Shown here one piece after another: positions 44,993 to 57,285 of a DNA stretch of 64,000 bases. Both the position numbers and the translations under genes were made by a program. The notes under the pieces were generated by a model. That model had not been told where the DNA came from and searched no databases. It saw only the letters and a list, made by a program, of their open reading frames with translations. Each line of letters opens with the position of its first letter. Within the stretch, counting starts at the first letter, position 1. This stretch comes from the human T2T-CHM13v2.0 reference genome, Homo sapiens: the NCBI RefSeq assembly GCF_009914755.1, contig NC_060927.1, one strand, 5' to 3'.

Positions 44993-45930
44993 GATGTACA
45001 AAAAGCTGTGCACGTTTTATGTATACAACTCCATCCATTTGGAGATAAGTGTACACCCATTGTATTAGTCCATTCTCATGCTGCTAATAAAGACATACTC
45101 GAGACTGGGTAATTTATAAAGAAAAAGAGGTTTAATGAACTCACGGTTCCATGTGGCTGGGGAGGCCTCACAATCATGGCAGAAGGCAAAAAAGGAGAAA
45201 GGCAGGTCTTATGTGGCGGCAGGCAAGAGAGGACATGTGAAAGGGAACTCCCTTTTATAAAGCCATCAGATCTTATGAGACCCATTCACTGTCATGAGAA
45301 CAGTACGGAAAAGACCTGCCCCAGAATTCAACTACCTCCCACTGTGTCCCTCTCATGACAGGTGGGAACCATGGGAGCCACAACCTGAGATTTGAATGGG
45401 GACACAGCCAAACCACATCACCCATGAAATCATCACTGTCACTTATTACTCATCATTATTATTATTGCAGTAAGAACACAATGTATGATCTACCTTCTTA
45501 GTAAGTTTTTAAGTATACAATAGTGTTACCTATAGGCACTATGCTATGCAATAGATTCTAGGACTTATTCATCGTGTATAACTGGAACTGTGTACTCTTT
45601 GACTAATATCTCCCCATTCTCTCTTAGCCCCTGAAAACTGCAGTTCCACTCTCTGCTCCTATGGGTTTGACTATTTTAGACTCAGCATATAAGTCATGTC
45701 GCGTAGTGTTTGTCCTTCCGTGTCTGGCTTATTCCATTTAGCGTGTTCTCCAGGCCATTCACGTTGTAGCATGTGACAGGATTTTCTTTTTTTAAGACTT
45801 TATAATATTTCATTTTTTGTACATACCGCATTATCTTTATCCATTTGTCTGTCGATGAACATATAACACGTTGCTTCCACATGTTGGCCATTGTGAATCA
45901 TGCTGCAGTGAGTACAGGGATGGAGATGTA
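44993..45930 (-). mobile_element. L1MA/L1MB 3' end split by a THE1
   Basis: atgggtttgactattttaga...ggcttattccatttagc...ttggccattgtgaatcatgctgcagtga. Confidence 0.8.
45061..45420 (-). mobile_element. THE1B/C solo LTR
   Basis: tgtattagtccattctcatgctgctaataaagacatac...ccaaaccacatca; perfect TSD cccat. Confidence 0.92.
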
Positions 45931-46262
45931 TGAGTCTGGATCTTAAAGTGTGCCTGCTTGTGTCTAGTGATCATGTTTCCACCAGTCTCATCAGGTGTTG
46001 CCATGTCACCTGAAGCCAGACAACCCTACTGGAGCTGTGGTTGGCTGAGCCGCAGTTCTCTATAGCACTCAAAGGAAGGGCATTCTTTATATATAAATTG
46101 CTTCTATGTTTCACAATTTAGCCTCGGAAAAAATAGATAAAATCTGCTTTTTTGTGTTCTTCATCATTGTCTGAATACTTCTTTTTCACTAAACGTAATC
46201 CTTAAAAACCACCTGAAAATGATGTGAGAAAGATGTTCCTCTCACCCCTATGTGAGCAAGGC

Positions 46263-46296
46263 TGTAGTGACAAGATTTGGCCACTAGATGGTGGGT
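46263..46296 (+). promoter_or_regulatory. Candidate CTCF site, core plus upstream motif
   Basis: TGTAGTGAC-aagatt-TGGCCACTAGATGGTGG in non-repeat DNA; motif match only. Confidence 0.55.
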
Positions 46297-47761
46297 ATAT
46301 GTCAGTACTGTGCAGTAATAACAGTGTTTCTCTTTGACAAAGGAGTCAAAGAATAAGTTAATGTATTAAAGAAACACAAAATACATGTGCATTTAAAATT
46401 CTGTTTGGTTGAAATAATTGGCAAAAGAAAAAAGAAAAGATAAAAAAGCACCATTTTCTGCAGTCCACGTTTTGTTTTTACATTTTTCCTTGAGAGGATT
46501 TTTGGCTTCTTTTTAAAATGGTCTTATGACATGAAATACTCATATATGTAAGACAGAAACCCCACAGATCATGGCTATAGCTGTGGAGCAGATTCCTCTT
46601 ACTCCTCATTTCATCCGCTGAACTGAGACCTGTTTTCCAGCAGAAAGTGTCTTTTGCCATCTTTGTGCCTCCAGGAACTTGCATAAGTCTTGCAATGTCT
46701 TAGGTGTTCAATAATTCTTATTTTAAAAAATGAGCAAATGAACAAAATCTGTTTCCTTCTGCATTTTTTTTCCAGTAAGAGGGAAAGGTCTTCCCCTGTT
46801 TTTCTCTCTTCCACTTGCACTCATGAACATTTTCACATGAGGAAGGAAGGAAAAAGTATATCCTATTTTCCAGACACTATTTTTCAGACACCATAAAGCA
46901 CACCATCTTAGAAACAGGAAGCCTTAAGGACTAAGGAAGAGGTGGGAACATGGACCACAGTTGGAATTGCCAAAGCCCAGGATCCTGTAGGGTCCTCCCA
47001 GTGTGCACTCTCAGACTCTCTCCCTTTTGCATGAACTATGGTGGCACTGGTGGGGAATTACCTTCATTAATTGATTGTCTGGGAGATTACCTACAGTCAG
47101 GGAACCTGACTCTATTACACACCTTTCTCTTTCCAGTGATTGACACTTTGCCGGGCATAGAGTAGGTATCTGAAATAATAGACTCCCCATTGTTTACTTT
47201 CTTATTGACAGACTGAAATCTTGAGTTAATGTAATACCTAGAACTGTCCATAAAGTTTTGGGTAAATAATGCAAATATGAGCGATTGTGACTGTATTGAG
47301 GTATCTGTGATGACTGAGAATTGCTCAGATCTCAAGTTTTCTTCATGAGATAATTTGAATGTTCAGTGCATTATACTTCATGCCTTTACCTGAAATGTAT
47401 CACTCAGTGTGAATGCTCACTGTATTTCTTTATTGATTAAAATGAAAGAAACAGAAAAGTAAAAGATTAGAATTTCGTTCTCTTTTTTATGGCCAGAAAA
47501 TAAAAGGCAATTACTTCCCCCTCTAGTCATATGGTTACATTTATTTGGTAAGTGGTATTATAATAGAAGTGCATGGATTTCACTTATACTTAAATTTTAT
47601 TAAAATGATCTTCAAACTTTTTAGTGCTACTAGACATGCTTTGGGGGTCTCAAGTATTGCTTTAAACATATGACCCATCTCTCCTATGCAGAGATTCTTG
47701 CTGTGATGAAATTTTTTTGGATAAGAAATTATCTGAACCATTATATGTTTCCCGATGTGTC

Positions 47762-47795
47762 TTCTGAGAAGAGTCTAGTTATAATATTCCCGGAA
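47762..47795. promoter_or_regulatory. Paired GAS (STAT) motifs
   Basis: TTCTGAGAA at 47762-47770 and TTCCCGGAA at 47787-47795. Confidence 0.35.
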
Positions 47796-47854
47796 AGCTC
47801 TTCCTTGTTTATCTTAGTTTCTTTACAAGCCTTGTCTTAGAGTGTCAGTAAGAA

Positions 47855-48090
47855 CAATAATCACTTATATGTGCATAAGGCTTTACCTTTTTAAAGGTGT
47901 TATATACACTTTTATTCATTTCATCCTCACAGTAATAAATTAAGCAGTATGGATAGACCCACTTTACAGATGAGAAACAGAGGCTGAGATATTTTCCAGA
48001 CACATTCATAGCAATAATACTGAAGGCAAAAAAAATTAGGTTCCAATTATAGTTTTCAGATTCCTCATTTTTTCCTGACCCATGCCATTT
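47855..48090 (-). mobile_element. MIR
   Basis: catttcatcctcacagtaa...cccactttacagatgagaaacagaggct. Confidence 0.75.
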
Positions 48091-49349
48091 CTCAATTGTG
48101 CTAATATCAGTTCATTAGAGAAGGTGGCTTTGGAGTAAGAACTTGTTTTATTTAGCACACCTGAAAGGGCATCTCAATAACAGTCTCTTGGCTAGTAGCC
48201 TTTTTCTTATTCATAATATAGAGAAAGAAGCTCTATAATGATTAGCCAATATCTGCCATGTATTCCAGGCCCCTGACAATGAGCACACGAGCATTGGTGT
48301 TACTATTTTTGGGTACAGCATTTATTAATAGATTAGATATTACTTGGGGAAAAGGGCAATGCTTCATCAAAAGACAAAGTGCTAGCTTTGATATCTCTTT
48401 GTGCAGCTGCTGAATATTTCTAGTGCCTGCTTCTAATCTAAAGACTAGCTGGTGGATTTGCCCTTTTTCTTGTGAAATATCTGTTCTTATGAGAAACTAG
48501 TATCAATGCATATTGAGAATTTTTATGTCTTATTAAAGGTTGTTCACTGATATTTGTAGGATCCTGCAGCACCTACCACGTTATTATCAGGCAAATTTTA
48601 ACTTTCTTTGAGAGAAATAATGTTATGAAAAGAGTTCTTCAAAATCCTAAGGGATTGTACTATCGCAGTAAGCATCTTTGTTCTTTGTTGTTGAAAATGA
48701 ATGTGACTCACTTTTTTTGAAGTGGCTTGGAGTAGACCTTGTTTCAGAGCTGGAATTTTAAGAGGGAAGATTTAATGCCACCATTGCAATATTTTCACAC
48801 AAGACTGGGCAAGGCTTAGTTAGCTTCAGAAAATGAAGTGACTTGGGAGGGGCAGTTCTCATTTGGGGCAGGTTGAGGGATGCCTATCATTTCAGGTACT
48901 CAAGGCTGTCTAGTCAGGCAAAAAAAAAAAAAAAAGAGCACAGTTTCTCTAGGTTCTGGAATAACACATTATAGATGAAACAAGCAATTGGTACTCGTTG
49001 ATGAAGAGGATAAGGAGCGAGGGGATGAGTCTGAGATATCATACCAACATGTCCTGAGGAGTTAGAGTGACTTCCAGGAATTTGAAAGCAGAGTGGATCA
49101 GGGAGCTGTGGGCAGGGGACTCAGCCACTGAAGGGGCAATCAAGGCACTGGACTCCAGTCCCTGGAGGGCAACTACCGGTCCTAAAGAGTCTGGAATCCA
49201 GGAAGATTTTTAAGGTAAGGACTTGGTGCAAGAACAAGGGTTAAAGCTTTGTAATCAGAACTTGGTCAAAAGGTGAAGCTTAATTCTTGAGAATGACACA
49301 GAAGCCCACTAATCATCAAGGTGAAGAGACAAATGGAAGGAAAATGAAT

Positions 49350-49530
49350 TAAGACTCTTCAGTTCCCCTTACTCTCTGTGAGATCTTGTCCAGGTCACTC
49401 ATTTCTGCTTAACCTCAATCTTTTTTTCTATTACATGGCAATGATAATCAGGTCCACTTCAAAGTTGTGAGGAAGCTATAACATATCTGGAATAGCTTTC
49501 AGTATTATAAAATACACACAAAGAGTTACT
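49350..49530 (+). mobile_element. MIR fragment
   Basis: cttactctctgtgagatcttg...cctcaatc...aaagttgtgagga. Confidence 0.55.
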
Positions 49531-50094
49531 GTTCATAAGTTTATCACATGATTAGTAATCATTTGTCTTCTGAGCACTGTGCTTTTTATGATAAATAATA
49601 CTGTTTTTTAAATAAACAACAACAGAATGGCTTCCTTGTGCCATCTTGTTGGTGTGTGTTGGGGGGTGTGAAATTTAGCGGTAATTTATGAAACAAATGC
49701 TTACTTTTTAAAGACAAAAAGGGACCCCAGGAGAGAGAGTTGTAGGTTATTCTTACAGCTCAGGCAAAATTTGAACTTCAAGGCAATATGGGGAAGAAAC
49801 AGAATGATCTCTTATATTTAAACAATGGCAGCTCACAAAAATTAGCCCAGTACATGACTGATTTCTATCAACATTGTATTATTGTAGAGATATTTTACAG
49901 TTTGATTTCTTCTCCAAAATCTAAATGTACTAATTACAGTTTTACATCTATAAAAATGCTTTTCTTCATTTGTGACAAAAGTCTGAAATGTACACTTGTC
50001 ATTCTCACTTCATTAATCCCTGACCATATAAGGCTTTTTGACTTAAAAAAAGGAACAAAATTATCCCAATACATTATCCTGTGGTTTATCTTAC

Positions 50095-53000
50095 CTATTA
50101 AAAATGGAAGAAGACACAAATACACGGAAGGATATCCTATTTTCATGAATTGAAAAAATTAATATTGTTAAAATGTTCATACTATTTAAAGTGATCTATA
50201 GATTCAATATAATCCATATCAAAATTCCAATGACATTTTTCATAGAAACAGAAAAAAAACTTAAAATTTGTATGAAGACCTTTAATAGCCAAATCAGTAA
50301 TGTTGGCAAAAAGAACAAAGCTAGAGTCTCACACTATCTGATATCGGTATATACCACAAAGCTATAGTGACCAAACAATATGGTACTTCCATAAAAACAG
50401 ACACATAGACCAATGGAACAGAATAGAGAGCCCAGAAATAAATCCACACATTTATGGTCAATTGATTTTTTTACAAAGGTGCCAAAAAGATACAGTGGGG
50501 AAACAGAGTTTATTCAATAAATGTTGCTGAGAAAACTGGATGTACACATGCAGAAGAATGAAATTCAACTCCTATCACACACTATGTATTAGTCCATTCT
50601 CGCACTGCTAATAAGAAATAGCCATGACTGGGTAATTTATAAAGGAAAGAGGTTTAATTGACTCACAGTTCCACATGGCTGGGGTAGCTTCAGGAAACAT
50701 ACAATCATGGCAGAAGGCAAAGGAGAGGCAGGCACCTTCTTCACAGGATGGCAGGATGGAGTGAATGCAAGCAGGGGAAATGCCAGATGATTATAAAACC
50801 ATCAAATCCTGTGAAACTCACTCATTATCACAAGACAAGCATAAGGGAAACTGCTCCCATGATCCAGTTACCTCCACCTGGTCCTGCCCTTGACATGTGG
50901 GGATTATTAAAATTTAAGGTGAGATTGGGGCAGGGACACAGAGCCAAACCATATAATTCTACCCCTGGCCCTTCCCAAATCTCATGTCCTCACATTTCAA
51001 AACACAATCATGCCCTTCCAACAGTCCCCCAAAGTCTTAATTAATTCCAGCATTAACCCAAAAGTCCAAGTCTAAAGTCTCATCTGAGACAAGGGTCAAG
51101 TCCCTTCCGTCTCTGAGCCTGTAAAATCAAAATTAAGTTAGTTACTTCCTAGATACAATGGGGGTACTGGCATTGAGTAAATACACCCTTTCTGAATGGG
51201 AGAAATTGGCCAAGACAAAAGAGCTACAGGCCCGTTGCAAGTCTAAAATCCAATTGGGCAGTCATTAAACCTTACTTTTGCAAAATGATCTCCTTTGACT
51301 CCATGTCTCACATCCAGGTCACACTGATGTAAGAGGTGGGCACCCATGGCCTTGGGCAGCTGCACCTCTGTGGCTTTGCAGGGTAGAGCCCCACTCCCAG
51401 CTGGTTTTATGGGCTGGCATTGAGTGTCTGTGCCTTTTCCAGGTGTACAGTGCAAGCTGTCAGTCGATCTATCATTCTTGGGCCTGGAGGACGGTGGCCC
51501 TCTTTGCACAGCTCTACTAGGCAGTGCCCCAGTGGGGACTCTGTGTGGGCGCTCTGATCCCATATTTCCCTTCTGCAGTGCCCTAGCAGAGGTTCTTCCT
51601 TAGGGCTCCACCCCTGCAGCGAACTTCTGCCTTGACATGCAGGCTTTTCCATACATCTTCTGAAATCTAGGTGGAGGTTCCCAAACCTCAGTTCTTGACT
51701 TCTGTGTACCCACAGGCTCAACACCACATGGAAACCACCAAGGCTTGGGACATGCTTCCTCTGAAGCAATGGCCCGAGCTGTACCTTGGCCCCTTTCAGT
51801 CATGGCTGGAGCTGAAGCAGCTGGGATGCAGGGAACCATGCCCTAAGGCTGCACATAACAGCGGGGCCTGGGCCCAGTCCATGAAACCATTTTTCCCTCC
51901 TAGGCCTCTGGGCCTGTGATGGGAGGGGCTGCTGCAAAGGTCTCTGACATGCCATGCAGACGTTTTCCCCATTATCTTGGTGATTAACATTGGGCTCCTT
52001 ACTTATGCAAATTTCTGCAGCAGGCTTGAATTTCTTCCCAGAAAATGGGTTTTTCTTTTCTATCACATCCTTAGGCTGCAAATTTCCCAAACTTTTATGC
52101 TGTGCTTCCTCTTGAATGCTTTGCTGCTTAGAAATTTCTTCTGCCAGATATGCTAAATCATCTCTCTCAAGTTCGAAGTTCCACAGATCTCTAGAGCAGG
52201 GGCAAAATGCTGCCCAGTCTCTTTGCTAAAGCATAGCAAGAGTCACCTTTGCTCCGGTTCCCAAGAAGTTTCTCATCTTCATCTGAGACCACCATAGCCT
52301 GGACTTTATTTTCCGTATCACTATCAGCATTTTTGGTCAAAGCCATTCAACAGGTATCTAGGAAGTTCCAAACTTTCCCACATTTTCCTGTCTTCTTCTG
52401 AGCCCTCCAAATTGTTCCAACCTCTGCCCATTACCCAGTTCCAAAGTTGCTACCACATTTTTGGTTATCCTTAAAGCAGTGCCTCACTATCTCAGTACCA
52501 ATTTACTGTATTAGTCCATTCTCACACTGCTATGAAGAAATACCTGAGACTGGGCAATTTATAAAGGAAAAAGTTTAATAGACTCACAGTTCTGCATGGC
52601 TGGGGATGCCCCAGGAAATGTACAATCATGGCTGAAGGTAAAGGAGAGGCAGGCACATTCTTAATGGAGGGGGAGGACAGAATGAGTGCAAGCAGGGGAA
52701 ATTACAGCCCCTTATAAAACCATCAGGTTCTGTGAGACTTACTCATTATCGCAAGAACAGCATGGGGGAAACCACTGCCATGATCCAATTACCTCCACCT
52801 GGTCCTACCCTTGACATGTGGGGATTATTACAATTCAAGGTGACATTTGGGTGGGGACACAAAGCCAACCATATCACACTGTATACAAAAATCAACTCAA
52901 AATGGACTAAAAACTTAGATTTAAGGCCTGAAGCTGTAAAACTACTAGAGGAAAACACAGGAAAAAAGCTTCTTATCATTAGCCTGGGCAATAATTTTAT

Positions 53001-54175
53001 TTTCGATATGACTCCAAAAGCACAGGCAAGAAAAACAAAAATGCACAAGTAAAATTGCATCAAATTAAAAACCTCTGCACAGCAAAGAAAACAATCAATA
53101 GAGTAAAAAGATAACTTAGGCAATGGGGGAAAATATTTGAAAATTGTACATTTGATAAGGGTTAATATCCCAAATATAAGGAACTCTAACAACCCAATAA
53201 CAGGAAAACAATGTGATGAAAACACTAGCAAAAGACCTGAATAGACATTTCTCAAAAGAAGATATATAGATAGCCAAAACGTATATAAAAAATGTTCAAC
53301 ATCACTAACAATTAGTAAAATGCAAGTTAAAATCATAATGAGATATCACTTCTTACCTGTTAGAATGGCTATTAGCAAGAAAACAAAAGATTACAAGTAT
53401 TGAGGCAGATATGAAAGAAAGAGAACCCTTGTACACTGCTGGTAGGAATAGTAGATTAGTACAGTCATAAAAAATAGTATGGAGGTTTCTAAAAAAATAA
53501 AAAATAAGACTTAATGTGATCCAGCAACTTCACTTCTGTGTATGTATCCAAAAGTGATGAAATTAGTTCTCAAAGAGATATCTGCCCTCCCATGTTAAGC
53601 TGCAGCATTTTTCACAATAGCTAAGATATGGAACCAACTTAAGTGTTCATCAGTGGATGAACGGACAAAGAAAACGTGATGTATATACACAATGGAATAC
53701 TATTCAGCCTTAAAAAAGAGGGAAATACTGTCATTTGTAACAAACCTGGAGGACATTATGCTAATCAAAACAAGCCAGGCACAAAAAGACAAATACTGCA
53801 TAATCACATTTATATGTGGAATCTAACAATGTTGAACTATAGTAGCAGAGAGTAGAATGATGGTTAGTAGTGGCTGGGGAAAGGGAAAATGGGATGTTAG
53901 TCAAAGAGTGCAAAGTTTCAGACAGACAAGTTAAATAAGTTCTGGAGATCTATTGTACAGCATGGTGACCCTAGCTAATAGTAATAATTTCTTAGAGAGT
54001 AGATCTTAAATGTTCTCACCACAAAAAGATAATTATGCAAGGTGATGGATATGTTAATTCATTTGATTCAATCATTTCAAGATGTATAAATATATCAAAA
54101 CATCACATTGTATGCTGTAAATTATATGACTTACTTGTCAGCTATATCTTAATAAAGCTGAAAAAATAAAACAAA
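50095..54175 (+). mobile_element. L1MA-type 5'-truncated element split by a MaLR provirus
   Basis: ORF2 fragments (KVIYRFN...KIPMTFF; YTKINSKW) continue across the insertion; L1MA 3'UTR ends aataaagctgaaaaaat. Confidence 0.88.
50585..52876 (-). mobile_element. Complete THE1D/MSTA MaLR provirus (LTR 50585-50956, internal 50957-52506, LTR 52507-52876)
   Basis: Two direct LTRs; on minus the internal region starts gtaaattggtac and ends with purine tract gggccaggggtagaa; TSD cacta/cactg. Confidence 0.94.
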
Positions 54176-54408
54176 CTGAAGCTTAAATAATGAATAGAAT
54201 TACGCCAGAGGGAAAGAAGTGAGAAGATGAACTGAACAAAAGTGTGAAGAAAGGAAAGATCAACTAAAAAGATAAGTAGATAAGAAGGGGCAGAAAGGAG
54301 AAAAATCAATATTTGGAAATGAGATTGAAAGAGTATAAGGCACGCTATTGAAGGGCTCTTAATGCTAAATTTAGGAGTTGAAATATGACTCTTCTCAAGA
54401 AAACAAAG

Positions 54409-54606
54409 AAGGGGAACATCACACTCTGGGGACTGTTGTGGGGTGGGGGTTGGGGGGAGGGATAGCTTTAGGAGATATACCTAATGCTAAATGACGAGTT
54501 AATGGGTGCAGCACACCAGCGTGGCACATGTATACATCTGTAACTAACCTGCACATTGTGCACAAGTACCCTAAAACTTAAAGTATAATAATAATAAAAT
54601 TAAAAA
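54409..54606 (+). mobile_element. Short L1PA (about PA3) 3' end
   Basis: catcacactctggggactgttgtggggtggggg...ccctaaaacttaaagtataat; TSD aaaacaaag. Confidence 0.92.
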
Positions 54607-57129
54607 AAAAACAAAGTTTTATGAATGTGAGCCTCTAATTGCTGTTTTAAAGAAAAGCGCTTTCTGAACATGTGAGTTAATGTACATGTTCTTAAGCATG
54701 AACATGCACATGTAGACTGCTGCTATGATAACATGACACCAGCAGTTACCACCCATGCTGAAAATACTAGAAAAGCTTTGTTTTATTTATAAAGTGAACT
54801 AGAGCCATCTTAAAAGATGAGGATGAATGTTGGCCAAAAGTGTTTTGAGGTAATCTTAGACACATCTCTAATGCCAGTACGACCTACTCAGCAATATGAT
54901 ATAATATAATTTATGTAATAATTACAAAACAGTGATGCCCTTTAAACTTTAAAAAGTGCATTTGAATGTAAATATAATTTTAAATATGAACAAACTTGAC
55001 AGTGGAATTCCAGTTTGTCTGCTTCTTAATGAGTTTTGTAAGCTCTTAAAAAAGAAAATAGTTAACCTAATTAATACCTGGGGATGGGAAAGGGATGGTT
55101 CTAAATTGTCCTGCCCATTACATATGTTGCATCTATTTATATATTTACCCAAAAAGACCATCTTCATTTATAATTATTAATATAAGTTGAACTGTGGATA
55201 TAAGATAGAGAGCTAGTTTTATGTTATTAGAATTCAATACTTAGCTCCTGAATTAACATCCATTATCAAAAATGAAGACTAGACTGGTTCCCTTTCAGAA
55301 TACATTTATAAAATGTCACTTACAAATAAGTGTTTCAGGTTAATTGAGTGACATGCTGTTGTGTAGGCGTTTGAATGCAAAAGGCTGGCTTTTTCTTTCT
55401 GCTATGTTCGGAAAACGCTTTTGTCACTTTTTCACCTCCTCATAGGAAATATGCCTGCTTTGTGGTTTTCAATCACTCACTAATATTTTTATAAGGGATA
55501 TTAAATGTAAAAGACCATATCCTTAGAGGGACGGTGACTCAAAGAGTCAAGTAAAAATTAGGACTGTTTCTGCCCTTGGGTTTTTTTTTTTTTTTTTACT
55601 TCAGGTAAACTATGAAATGTACTTGAACAACTTCAGTGATTACATCTGTGAAAATAGAGATTACAATGGTGCGTTAGTCAATTTGTTTCCCTAATACTTC
55701 TTGAAACTTTCCTTTCAATTTTTTAATTCCTTGCACATTCTCTTTTTTCATTTGCTCATCCTTCCAACACCATTTATTATTTGTCATTTTTTTTTGCTCT
55801 TTTAAAAGTTCACACTTACGTTTGTGCATGGGTCTCTTCTGATGCCTTTATTCTCTTCCTCTCTCTCAATTCAGGGGTGGGGGTCTGTCTTTGCATTAGA
55901 CGTCGTTTCTGTCTCTTCTCAAGTCCTGACTCCTCTGCTTGGGGAACTGAGAGGGGATCAGAGACAAAGTGCAGATATCTTTTCCCTCAGTTTCCCATGG
56001 CTGTTGGTTTCTGTGTTTCTCTGCCAATATTGAGTGAAGGACGTTGTCTACCCATGTCCTCTTTTCAGTATCTGTGTCAGATTCCCAGCAGAAAAAAAAA
56101 AAAAAGAAAAAACAGATTTTGGTAAGGAGCTATAATTTTCTATGACATATGTAAAAATACATTTTAAAAATCTAAGTTAGAGAAGTCAATCAATAGTTGA
56201 GATGATAACTTACATTCAATATACTGGGGAAGAAAGAGCCACCAATAAAATAAGTTATGAAAGACTCTAAATGGAACCAATGCCAGAGTCCAGAGTGGTT
56301 GTGGTCTTTTTAGCTGCTAATTCTGAAAAGTTTTTCTTAACACCTTTAGATCTCTTGAAAACTAAAACTTTCAGATATCTCAACTCCTGAAGGACTAAAG
56401 AGACACTTATTTTGGTAGTGTGTGGTGACCATGCTCTGATTTAGTTCAAACTTCTCTCTGAGTAACAAGACCAGCTGCCGTCTGGTTTCTTGCTGGTTTG
56501 TTTGCAATAGCAAAGCTCAAACAAGTGTCCCAGCCTCCCTGTGCCTTGCTGCCAGACCAGCATCACCCCTTCCCGATCTTTGAGACATTTTAGGTGAGAT
56601 CCTGGGGAATGTAGTACCAATTATAAAAGATGACTCCAGTGCTGAGAGGTCAGAGAAATATTTTGGAAGCAACGCAGTAAAGAAAATTGGAGATAAATAC
56701 AGAGAGGAAATGAAGGCACAGATAAATTATGATCACTACATGTTACCATAACTAAATTGAGGATAGATTTCAATATACTAGCAGTCTCTATTGGATTACT
56801 TTTGAAATATCAATTTTCTTTCCAACCATATTAATTGATAACTTTTGTGGTTATTGCCAAAAAACTGAATTAAGATGGTAGTGGATCCATGAAGGCCATA
56901 AGCAACTACTGTCATTTGAGTTTGAGAGGCCCAAGCTGTTATCTCATCATTCATGCCCTTCCCGTTCTTCCCAGCTTCTGCATACTATTTGGGACAGATA
57001 ATATTGGGAGGCACACAAAAAGATGAGCAACGTGGCTTTAAATGTCAGTTAGACAGAATTTCTTAAAGTCTTACTCATTGTCATATTATTGTTAACCCTG
57101 ACACATTTACAAATCAGCAACAACAATGG

Positions 57130-57285
57130 ACTGGAGTCAAGAGAAATGAGTCTTGGTCCTGGCTTTGCTGCTAGTTAAGTAGTGAATCTTGGACAATTGT
57201 TTCACGTCTCAGTTTCCATCTATTAACTAAGACGTTTTTATCTAGATGCTTTTAAAGGCCATTTTGTTCCATAATGTGAATTAAC
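57130..57285 (+). mobile_element. MIR fragment
   Basis: ggactggagtcaagaga...cctggctttgc...cttggacaa...ctcagtttccatct. Confidence 0.65.

Noticed and set aside
51243-52090. Cluster of overlapping 64-120-aa ORFs
   Set aside because: All lie in the GC-richer MaLR internal region and are fragmentary.
52746-53336. 196-aa hydrophobic ORF resembling a membrane protein
   Set aside because: Antisense reading of A-rich L1 ORF2 plus a MaLR LTR, a common artefact.
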